A stretch of 64,000 nucleotides of DNA from Felis catus. Lineage: Eukaryota. Made by a program: the position numbers and the translations under genes. Under the pieces are notes generated by a model, which made no database searches, was not told where the DNA came from, and saw only the letters and a program-made list of their open reading frames with translations. Shown piece after piece: positions 28,074-37,810 of the stretch (within the stretch, counting starts at the first letter, position 1; each line of letters begins with the position of its first letter). The stretch spans positions 1,426,001 through 1,490,000 of the forward strand of contig NC_058369.1 of NCBI RefSeq assembly GCF_018350175.1, in the 5' to 3' direction.

Positions 28074-31000
28074 ATGGACTTCCAGCATCGCCCTGGGGGT
28101 AAGACGGGGAGTGGAGGCGTGGCCTCCTCCTCAGAGAGCAACCGAGACCGCAGGGAGCGCCTCCGGCAGCTGGCCCTGGAGACCATTGACATCAACAAGG
28201 TGGGTTGAACCGAGGGCAGGAAGCCCCCTCTGTCCCGTGTTCCCTCGCTCTGCCTTCTGTCAATGGAGCCACATTCAGTACACCCGCACCTGGTGCCCTT
28301 CGCCCCGCTGCCCAGCACTCTGGGCCTCGGGTCCCGGTCTGTAATCGAGGGAACTTGACCTAGAGCAGCTCCAGCTGTCCACCCCAGAGACCGCCTGCTG
28401 TTCAGAGGGGGGGAGGGGGGTTATCGCGTGAGCTTTTTGTGTGACTGACTGACCAGAGGCGAGGACTAAGACAGCGTCGTGTGGATTGACGTTCCGGCCA
28501 TGAGCAGTGATGGGCAATGTTTTATTTGGCGGTTCAGAGCTATCGGTAGACCGGGATTTGCCCGTCGGCACTGCGGACATTTAGGGCCAGGGCATCCTGG
28601 GTGCTGTTGGCAGCCCAGCAGCATCCCGGCCCCCACCCACTCAGTGCCAGGATCACCCCAACTGTGACAAACTCCAGTGTCCCCAGACGTCCCCTAGTGT
28701 GCCCTGGGTCCACGCATGGTGCCCCTTAGACTTCAAACTCCTCTGAGACGAGAGCTCTCACCCTGTGCCAGGCCTCACCTGTGAGGTCAGCTCTGTTCCC
28801 GTCCCCATTTTCCCAAGGAGATGAGGGAGAACCGTCACGGCCAACGACGACACAGTCACGGGACAGCGAGTTAGGATTTGAACCCCCGTGGGTCTGTGCC
28901 GCCGCCCCTATTCGTGGAAGGCTGCGTGGCTGGCCTGGGAACCCCGCGTGCAGAGACCAGGGTCTCCACGGACCTTTGTTGAGGTGTTTGCTTTTGTTCT
29001 GGTGTCTGGCTTGTGCCGCAGAGCTTAGCAAAGCCGGCGAGGTTAGCGACGGGCCCCTGGCCTGGCCTGGCCTGGCCTGGGAGGCGGGCGCCCAGCCATG
29101 CCGTCCTGGCTCTGCTTCCTTCCAGACCTGGAACCGCCACTGGGGCGGGGTGGAGAACCAGTATCGTGGGCCCCCAGCCCTGCCGAGCGGCCTGTGTCCA
29201 CGGGATCCGGGGGGGGGGGGGGGCCGCAGTGCTGCCTCAGGAGGGCCCCGCGGAGCCTGGGCCACGGGCTCCTCCCAGCCCCCTGTCCTCGAATGCCTGC
29301 CCGAGGGAAAGCAGCCGTCTCTGCTGCTTGGACAAAGACCAGGCTCTGGCTCTTCGCGGCGCGTGCGGGGCCACGGTCGCCGCTGACGGATGTTTCCCTC
29401 CCCAGGACCCTTACTTCATGAAGAACCACCTGGGCTCCTACGAGTGCAAGCTGTGCCTGACCCTGCACAACAACGAGGTGTGTTCTCGGCTCTGGGGTGG
29501 ATTCTGCTGCTGCGCGTCGGGGTCCCCCGCCACCTGGCCCGGCAGCGCTGCCCCCTTCGTAGTTCCGGGACATCGTTCAGAGCCCTCCCGAGGGTGGAGG
29601 GGCTCGGGCCTGCTACCTCAGCAGACTGCGCTCTCGGGCACGTCCTTTAGGGGAGACCCTGCGTGCTCTGGGCGCAGGCCAAGCACCCCGTCCCCGGTCT
29701 GCGTTCCCCCCCCCCCCGTCCCCCCGCTGCGCCGTAACCCCCGCTGCTACCGTTACTGCGGGAGCGCGCCGTCGGCCCTGGGCCAGGCCCGTGCCCGGGA
29801 GTTCTAGATCCGGTTTTTGGGATCTCGTCGGTGTGGCTCCAACTGGGCTCTTTCAGTGATGGGAGGTCGTGGTCCGCCGCGTGCGCACGGTGCGCAGATC
29901 CGCTCCGGAGCGAGTAGATCCGGCTTTCCCCTTTCCCGTTGTTGAGCGTTCGGGTTGTTTGCGGTCACAAGTGGTGCCAAGTCACGTGGTCTGTCCCCCT
30001 CGGCAATGCTGACAGAGGAGTCGGGTCGTTCTCGGGGGGTGCTGAGCCGCGTCCCCCACCCGCTCGATGCCAGGACCGCCCCGGTCACGACCACCACAAA
30101 CTTCCCCAGACGCCACCAGTGCTCCCCTGGCGATCGAGAAACGGGGAGTTCGCCCCGCTCCGTGTGGAGAGGTCCCCTGGGCTGTCGTCAGGTCGGACCC
30201 CGGCGGTCACGGGGCACGTCACTTGGGGGGTACCGGCCTCCACCGTGCAGCCGGGCCCACTGATCACCCCCCGCGGCGGTGGGCGGCGAGCCTTCCCGAG
30301 CCCCATGCGCCGTGACAGCGGGCGCTCGCAGACGCCTTCTCCGGCTCGGCGTTGCTCCGCTTCGTGCGAACGTGCCGGAGCTTGTCCGTCCGGCAGCCAC
30401 CCAGCGCCCGCCTCGAGGCAGGGCCTGTGGACAGAGGCCGGCTCCTCTCTGCCCTCCCCGCCCTCTCTCACCTGGTCTCGAACCACCGTGTGCTTTTCCC
30501 GCTGCAGGGGAGTTACCTGGCGCACACCCAGGGGAAGAAGCATCAGACCAACTTGTGAGTACCTGGGCCCCCTTCCGGCGCCCGGGGTCCAGCCCCTCCA
30601 GGAGCTGCTTCACGGGGTCTCCCGGGCCTCGGGGCCGAGCAGAGGGTGGGCGCGAGGAGGGGCGGGAGGTGCTCTTTCCCCAGCGGTCAAGCTGATCGTG
30701 CTGCAGCCTGGGGCTTCTGTAACGCAGGGAGAGAGGTGAGGGTCACAGAAGACCTCCTGGTGAGGGGCAGCACAAAATGCAATGGGGACGGAGGTGCCCC
30801 AAGCCTGTCCCAGCCCCACTGCGTGTGAACCCTGGGACCCCCAACCAGCACCCCCACCCCCATGCCCCTGGCCTCTCAAACTCCCAAGGTCGCTGTGAGG
30901 GTTGGACAGCTCCCAGCACCTGGGCCTGTGGCCTTGGCGGCCCGTGTGGGGGGCCACAGTGCCGTCTCTGTCCCGCCTGCAGGGCCCGGCGAGCCGCCAA

Positions 31001-33811
31001 GGAGGCCAAAGAGGCCCCCGCCCAGCCGGCGCCAGAGAAGGTCAAGGTGGAGGTGAAGAAGTTTGTGAAGATCGGCCGCCCGGGCTACAAAGGTAATTCT
31101 GTCTGGGAGCGGTCTGGCCCGCAGCCCTGTGACCCCCAGCCCTGTCCTTGAGCCACACAGAAGCTGCTGTTCTCTGGCCCTTTGCTGCGGAGACCCCCAC
31201 TTGTCCGTGCCTCTCCTGTTTCCCATCGGAAGGGCTAGGCTGGGACCAGCGCCCCCCCCTTTCCCAAACAGCCGTAACAGAGTGTCACGGCTTCTCGGGC
31301 CCCGTGTCCCCGTGTCTTGGGAGCAGGTGGTTCTTTACTGTGCTGTTGGGGGACATGAGTGACCATGGGGGGGGGGGCCCTTTCCTTGACCTTGGGACAG
31401 GGTGTTGGTGCTTCAGCCTGAAGGAGGAGAGGGTGAAGGTCTGTGTAAGAGACCACTTATTTAATGGAACTGACGGCAGAGAGGAGGGTTCTTGGATCAC
31501 CTGCCAGAAAGTAGGTTAAGTGGCTCCACTGGAATATAGAGGACTACGTTTCCGGGAGTTAGAAAGAAAACGTTACCAGGCAGCTGTTCTAACTAAAGGT
31601 AGTGACATCTGTGCATGACTGGCACTCCGAGCCCGACACAGCAGCGCAAAGGTCCTGGGGCAGGTCTGCTTGATAAGCTGTGGCTGGGATGACAGGATCT
31701 GAGGGGGTGGGGGGGCAGGTGGAGGCCACCAAAGGCCTTTGGGCCATGGTAGGCCACCTGGTCTCTGTCCTGAGTGTCTTGGGGAGACGCTGGAGGGCTT
31801 GGTGGGGGGGGGGAGCACGACATGTTCCAGAGCTGTATGGAGAGCGGTCTGCAAGTGAGAACAGGGCCACTGGAGGCCTGGCTGCAGGGCTCTAACGTGA
31901 AGGGCGTCCTCCCAGAAGCAGGGGCACAGACCCCGCTTGCTGTGTGTGCACAGCGTGCCCCCGCTTCAGATTCCGTGGAGTGTCGTCCCAGGCCTCGAGG
32001 TGAGGGCCACAGGGCCCGCGTCCTGCCCACGCGCACCCCTGACTCTGTGACCTCAGGCAGGGACCCCACGGTCCTGGGCGGTAGCCGTCCCAGCTACACG
32101 TAGCCCTGGTTCACCAGCCAGACGATGGGCCCCAGCGTCCTGCCCTCCCGTTCGCGGGTGGCGTTCGTCCACACCCGTGGTCCCTTAGTCTCCGGGAGCA
32201 CAAGCTGGCCTGGACCTGATCCCTTCGTGTGTTGCAGTGACCAAGCAGAGGGACACGGAGATGGGCCAGCAGAGTCTCCTCTTCCAGGTAGGGGCAGCCG
32301 GAGCCCAACTGGGGGCGGGAGGGGGTCCCTTGAACGGCGGCGCTGCCACCTGCCTTCCCCTCCCCCCCCCAGATCGACTACCCCGAGATCGCCGAGGGCG
32401 TCATGCCCCGCCACCGCTTTATGTCCGCCTACGAGCAGAGGATCGAGCCTCCGGACCGGCGCTGGCAGTACCTCCTGATGGCCGCCGAGCCCTACGAGAC
32501 CATCGCCTTCAAGGTAGCACCCACGGGGTCCCCCAGCAGCCATCCCCCAGTGGGTCGCAGCCTCTGGAAGGCGGGGGAGCTGTGTGAACCGACAGCCGGG
32601 GGCTGGGCATCCAGAGGTGGGTCCCCACCAAAGGGCAGAGAGCCTGACGTGACCCTGGTGGGAAGACACCCTTGTGTGGCCAGGCTGTTTGGGGACCCGT
32701 AACCCCGTCCCGGGCAAAGAGCACAGCCTTTCCCCGGGGCCCCAGGGCTGCTAGGTAGCCGGGCTGGGACATCAGCCGCCGCCACCCCAGATCCGGCGTG
32801 GTCCTCAAGGCCCCGCTCCACCCCCCTCCCCACACAGGTGCCAAGCAGGGAGATCGACAAGGCCGAGGGCAAGTTCTGGACTCACTGGAATCGGGAAACA
32901 AAGCAGGTGAGTGAGTCGGTCTGGGTCCAGGCGCTCGTGGGGCCTTGGGCATCTGCCCCGGCCGGCCTGTCCCCTCCGGACCGCCGCTCAGCCCCCTCCG
33001 TCTTCTCCAGTTTTTCCTCCAGTTCCACTTCAAGATGGAGAAGCCTCCAGCCCCGCCAAGCCTCCCTGCTGGGCCCCCCGGGGTGAAGCGCCCCCCGCCC
33101 CCCCTGATGAACGGTCTGCCCCCCCGGCCACCGCTGCCAGAGTCTCTGCCCCCGCCACCGCCAGGAGGCCTGCCCCTTCCGCCCATGCCGCCCAGCGGGC
33201 CTGCACCCTCCGGGCCTCCGGGCCCTCCCCAGCTGCCCCCACCAGCTCCTGGGGTCCACCCCCCAACATCTGGGGTCCACCCCCCGGCACCAGGAGTCCA
33301 CCCCCCGGCTCCCGGGGTCCACCCCCCGACACCAGTGGTGCACCCCCCAGCATCTGGGGTTCACCCCCCTGCTCCGGGCGTCCACCCTCCCGCCCCAGGG
33401 GTCCACCCCCCTGCCCCGGGTGTCCACCCTCCCCCATCTGCTGGGGTTCACCCCCAGGCCCCAGGGGTCCACCCTCCAGCTCCTGCAGTTCACCCCCAAG
33501 CTCCGGGGGTGCACCCCGCAGCTCCCGCGGTTCACCCCCAGGCCCCTGGGGTCCACCCTCCAGCTCCTGGGGTCCACCCCCCAGCCCCAGGGATCCACCC
33601 CCAGCCTCCCGGGGTTCACCCCCCACCTCCTGGGGTCCACCCATCTGCTCCTGGGGTCCATCCTCCAGCTCCTGGGGTTCACCCCCAGCCTCCTGGAGTT
33701 CACCCCTCAAATCCCGGGGTGCACCCCCCAACTCCCATGCCTCCGATGCTGAGGCCCCCGCTGCCCTCCGAGGGCCCTGGGAACATTCCGCCCCCTCCCC
33801 CAGCCAACTAA
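28074..33811 (+). CDS. SF3A2: Splicing factor 3a subunit 2 (SF3a66/SAP62), 471 aa
   Basis: Exons: 28074-28199, 29406-29477, 30508-30554, 30983-31092, 32238-32287, 32373-32513, 32838-32906, 33011-33811; total 1416 nt. [15 protein letters not shown] start, zinc finger [24 protein letters not shown]-terminal GVHPPAP heptads. Confidence 0.98.
28566..28710 (+). mobile_element. MER20-like hAT DNA transposon relic (further GC-shifted relics near 30030-30140, 43305-43470, 47480-47630)
   Basis: ggcactgcggacattt...cagcagcatcccggcccccacccactcagtgccag...tgtgacaa...ccagac resembles the recalled MER20 consensus. Confidence 0.55.
33236..33735 (+). repeat. Coding 21-bp tandem repeat (23 xVHPxxx heptads) in the SF3A2 last exon
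   Basis: Repeated ggggtccacccccc.gc.cc. units; 23 [VI]HP motifs counted in the translation. Confidence 0.95.
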
Positions 33812-33906
33812 AAAGCTGCCCCTTCTCCAGGCCAGTTCTCTGTCTTGTCCTGTTTCTCTCCAAGCTGTGTGCTTTTGTGCAGGGTTGTGCCATGTCCCCG
33901 ACGGTC

Positions 33907-33912
33907 ATTAAA
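33907..33912 (+). terminator. SF3A2 poly(A) signal (ATTAAA variant)
   Basis: ATTAAA about 95 nt after the stop codon; no canonical AATAAA seen before the AMH promoter. Confidence 0.7.
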
Positions 33913-34431
33913 CGGTCTCCCCTGATGCCCGAAGTGACCTGCTGTGTGGGGGAACGGGGCGGGGGGGGGAGGCTCTGTGGGTCAGTAGGTGTGGTAGCTT
34001 CACTCGCTGCTGGCGAACACTCACGTGCACCCCCACCGTATATGTGGGGAGCTTGGGGTTGGGGCCTCGGTGTCCCTGTGTCCTCCCAGGATGCCGGTGG
34101 GTGAAGGACAGACCCAGGCAGTCAGCAGCGGGTCTGGGCTCTCTTCTGCGGCCGCTCACCCTCCTTGGGGTCTCCAGCCAAATGGCTGTGCTTCTGCAGC
34201 TCCAGGGTGCCAAGAGGCAGTGTGAGCGAGCACTTGGGGAGCCCCAGCTTCGCTGGGAGACCACCCTCTGGCCAAGCCCACGTGCACCCAGCGGTCTGAA
34301 CACCAAGATCTCCGGTCCCCATCAGAGCCGGGTGCCGGAGGCCTCCAGGGCGCCTGCCCCCCTGCCCCCATTCCAGAGCTGTTGATCGCCGGTCTGGTTC
34401 CCACTCCCTCCTGCAGAGGGGGAAAACCTCA

Positions 34432-34643
34432 TCAAGGACAGTCGTTGGACCAACTGGGCACGGGCGGCACTCTGTATCACGGGTAGGAAGATAGGCGGTC
34501 AGGCTGGAACAGAAGAGGCTTTGAGAGGCTCCTCTGCCTGCCCAGGCCCACGGCGGGGCACCAGACGTTGGCCCCCAAGGTCACACCCCAGAAGGAGATA
34601 GGGGCTTTGCTCCTGCACAAACATCCCGGTCTCCTCCATATAA
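34432..34643 (+). promoter_or_regulatory. AMH proximal promoter with SF1/NR5A1, GATA, SOX9 sites and TATA-like box
   Basis: TCAAGGACA 34432-34440 (distal SF1), AGATAG 34489-34494, CTTTGAG 34519-34525 (SOX), CCAAGGTCA 34575-34583 (proximal SF1), AGATAG 34596-34601, TATAA 34639-34643. Same order as the known mammalian AMH promoter. Confidence 0.88.
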
Positions 34644-34676
34644 GCCAGAGCCACACGGCCCCTCACAGCAGCCAGG

Positions 34677-37404
34677 ATGCCTGGTCTGCTCTCTCCGCCG
34701 GCCCTGGTGCTGTCGGTGATGGGGGCTCTGCTGATGGCCGGGGACCCTGGGGAAGAGGTCTCCAGCACCCCGGCCCTGCCTGGAGGGCCAGCCACAGGCA
34801 CCGGGGGTCTCATCTTCCACCCGGATTGGGACTGGCAGCCCCCGGGCAGTCCCCAAGACCCCCTGTGCCTGGTGACGCTGGACAGGGGTGGTAACGGGAG
34901 CGGCTCCCCGCTTCGGGTGGTGGGGGCGCTGAGAGGCTACGAGCACGCCTTCCTCGAGGCTGTGCGGCGGGCCCGCTGGGGTCCCCACGGCCTGGCCACC
35001 TTCGGAGTTTGCACCCCCAGGGACAGGCAGGCCGCCCCGTTCTCTCTGCGGCAGCTGCAGGCGTGGCTGGGGGAGCCCGGGGGGCGGCGGCTGGTGGTGC
35101 TGCACCTGGAGGAAGGTACGTAGGGAGGGGGCCACGGCCTGGGGGGGTGCCACGCTGCCACCACTCTTTCCAGACCGGGTCCTGCCGGAGCCCAACTCTA
35201 GACGCATCTTGGCCTCCGGGGAAGGCTGAGGCTGAGGGCCCAGGAAGTGGGGGCCCTTCGTGTCTGGGGGCTGCAAACCCCCCGATGCTTTGCTTCCAAG
35301 CCCACCCCTCCTGCAGCCCTCCTGGGAGGTGTTTGCCGCCCCCCCCACCCCACGAAGGAGCAGAAGGGAGTCCGGGCAGAGCCATGCTCCGCCCACACCC
35401 CTCCTCCAAGGGTGGTTAGTGTGCGGCCTGTTCCCGGACGCTGCTGGAGGAAATGGTTTCCCAGGGGACCCTATGGGCTCCCCCGCTAAGGAGAGCCCCA
35501 GACAGAGACCCCATGGGGTGCTCCAGGCTCCTCGCATTGGGGCAAGGCCCTGCACCCGATGTCTGGGCGTCAAGCCTCTCCCGGTACGGGTGGGGGCTCT
35601 CCCTGCAGGACTGCAAGACGGGCTTCGGGGAGGTGCTGGGGCCTCGGTGACTCAGGTGTTGCCCCTTCCCTATTTGTCCCTCCTGGCCACAGTGACATGG
35701 GAGCCGACACCCTCACTGAAGTTCCAGGAGCCCCCGCCTGGAGGGGCCGGTCCCCTAGAGCTGGCGATGCTGGTGCTGTACCCCGGCCCTGGCCCCGAGG
35801 TCACGGTCACAGGGGCTGGGCTGCCAGGCACCCAGGTACCGGGGTGTTGAAGGCGGTTAGTTCTGGGGCCTCCAGGAGCCCTCCCCCAACAGAGGAGGGG
35901 GAATGGGGTTTTTTAACTGTGCTGAACAGAAAGGTTCCAAGTCCGCTGGTTGGAACCTTGAAGGGGGGTGTCAAGGGCAATGGGCAGAGCAGGGCTGGTG
36001 TCCTCGCCCCCCCCCCCCCACCTGGCTAGGCTGAGCCCCCGTCTCCACAGAGCCTCTGTCAGTCCCGGGACACCCGCTACCTGGTGCTGGCGGTGGACCA
36101 CCCAGAAGGGGCCTGGCGCAGCCCCGGGCTCACCCTGACCCTGCAACCCCGCAGAGACGGTAGGCTCTCCAAGAGAGGGACCGGGTAAGGGTGGGCGGCC
36201 CGCGGTCCTCCGCCCCCGCTCAGCCAGGCCCCCGTGCTCCGCCACGCAGGTGCGCCCCTGAGCACCGCCCAGCTGCAGGAGCTGCTGTTCGGCCCCGACC
36301 CCCGCTGCTTCACACGCATGACCCCGGCGCTGCTCCTGCTGCCGGGGCCCGCGCCTGCACCGCTGCCCGCGCGTGGCCTGCTGGACCAAGTGCCTCTCCC
36401 GCCGCCCAGGTGTGCGCAGGCCCACGTTGGGGGTGTCGGGAGGGGAACCCTGCACCTGCCCCTACCGCCCAACTCCGCCTTCCAGGCCCTCCCAGGAGCA
36501 GGCGCCTGAGGAGCCACGGTCCAGCGCCGACCCCTTCCTGGAGACGCTCACGCGCCTGGTGCGCGCGCTGCGGGGGCCCCCGGCCCAGGCCTCGCCGGCG
36601 CGCCTGGCCCTGGACCCCGGCGCGCTGGCCGGCTTCCCGCAGGGCCTGGTCAACCTGTCGGACCCCGCGGCGCAGGAGCGCCTGCTCAACGGCGGCGACG
36701 AGCCGCTGCTGCTGCTTCTGCTGCCACCCGCCACGCCCACCGCCGCCGCCGCCGCCGCCGCCGGGGACCCCGCGCCGCCGCGCGGCCCGGCGTCCGCGCC
36801 CTGGGCCGCCGGCCTAGCGCGTCGCGTGGCCGCCGAGCTGCAGGCCGCGGCCGCCGAGCTGCGAGGGCTCCCGGGGCTGCCGCCGGCCGCCACGCCGCTG
36901 CTGGCGCGCCTGCTCGCGCTGTGCCCCGGGGATTCGGGGGACTCGGGGGACCCGGGGGCCCCCCCCGGCGGCCCGGGCGGCCCGCTGCGCGCGCTGCTGC
37001 TGCTCAAGGCGCTGCAGGGTCTGCGCGCGGAGTGGCGCGGGCGCGAGCAGGGCGGACCGGCGCGGGCACAGCGCAGCGCGGGGGCCGGGGCGGCCGACGG
37101 GCCGTGCGCGCTGCGCGAGCTGAGCGTGGACCTGCGCGCCGAGCGCTCCGTGCTCATCCCGGAGACGTACCAGGCCAACAACTGCCAGGGCGCGTGCGGC
37201 TGGCCGCAGTCCGACCGCAACCCGCGCTACGGCAACCACGTGGTGCTGCTGCTCAAGATGCAGGCCCGCGGCGCCGCCCTGGCGCGCCCGCCCTGCTGCG
37301 TGCCCACGGCCTACGCGGGCAAGCTCCTCATCAGCCTGTCGGAGGAGCGCATCAGCGCGCACCACGTGCCCAACATGGTGGCCACCGAGTGCGGCTGCCG
37401 GTGA
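34677..37404 (+). CDS. AMH: Anti-Mullerian hormone precursor (TGF-beta family), 589 aa
   Basis: Five exons: 34677-35115, 35693-35835, 36051-36159, 36250-36409, 36486-37404; total 1770 nt. Signal peptide, RAQR|S cleavage site (37063-37077), C-terminal cystine knot [10 protein letters not shown]...CQGACGWPQ...PCCVPTAY...ECGCR*. Confidence 0.98.
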
Positions 37405-37469
37405 GCCCCGCACCGTGCCCCCCGAGTGGCGTCCCCGCCCGTATTTATTCGGACCCCCATCATCGCCCC

Positions 37470-37475
37470 AATAAA
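37470..37475 (+). terminator. AMH poly(A) signal
   Basis: AATAAA 65 nt after the stop, followed by a GT-rich tract. Confidence 0.85.
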
Positions 37476-37496
37476 GACCAGCAAGCACAGGCTGAC

Positions 37497-37532
37497 GTGT
37501 GTGTGTGTGTGTGCGCGCGCGCGCGCGCGCGC
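37497..37532. repeat. (GT)8(GC)10 compound microsatellite
   Basis: Read directly from the sequence. Confidence 0.95.
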
Positions 37533-37738
37533 TGGGGACCGGCGGGGGGGCCTCCTCCCGGCCAGCTCTGCCCTGGCAGGAGGGGCGGGGCGGGGTCGGG
37601 TCGCTGCCTGGCCGGCGCCCTCTCCACCCCCCCCCCCCCCCATCTCCCCTTAGAGCTACCATCTCCGCCATTCGGGCCCAGGGAGGTCCCGGCGTCGAGG
37701 CTCAAAAGAGCAGGCGGCCCGGGGGCTGCAGCACTCAA

Positions 37739-37744
37739 TTTATT
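37739..37744 (-). terminator. JSRP1 poly(A) signal
   Basis: AATAAA on - about 67 nt downstream of the JSRP1 stop. Confidence 0.75.
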
Positions 37745-37810
37745 TCACTGAACCGCGGGGGCCACCGAGCGGGGGTCCCTGGACTGTGTATCACAGTACC
37801 GAGGCCTGGC

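Noticed and set aside
33236-33735. Regular repeat array that could be mistaken for a CRISPR-like array
   Set aside because: No unique spacers; it is the in-frame SF3A2 heptad repeat in a mammalian gene.
32882-34104. Several long overlapping ORFs in other frames and strands across the SF3A2 repeat
   Set aside because: The 21-bp repeat unit lacks stops in most frames; there is no independent start or splice evidence.
36030-36120. Possible orthologue of human MIR4321 within AMH
   Set aside because: Location recalled only approximately, and no convincing hairpin could be verified by eye.
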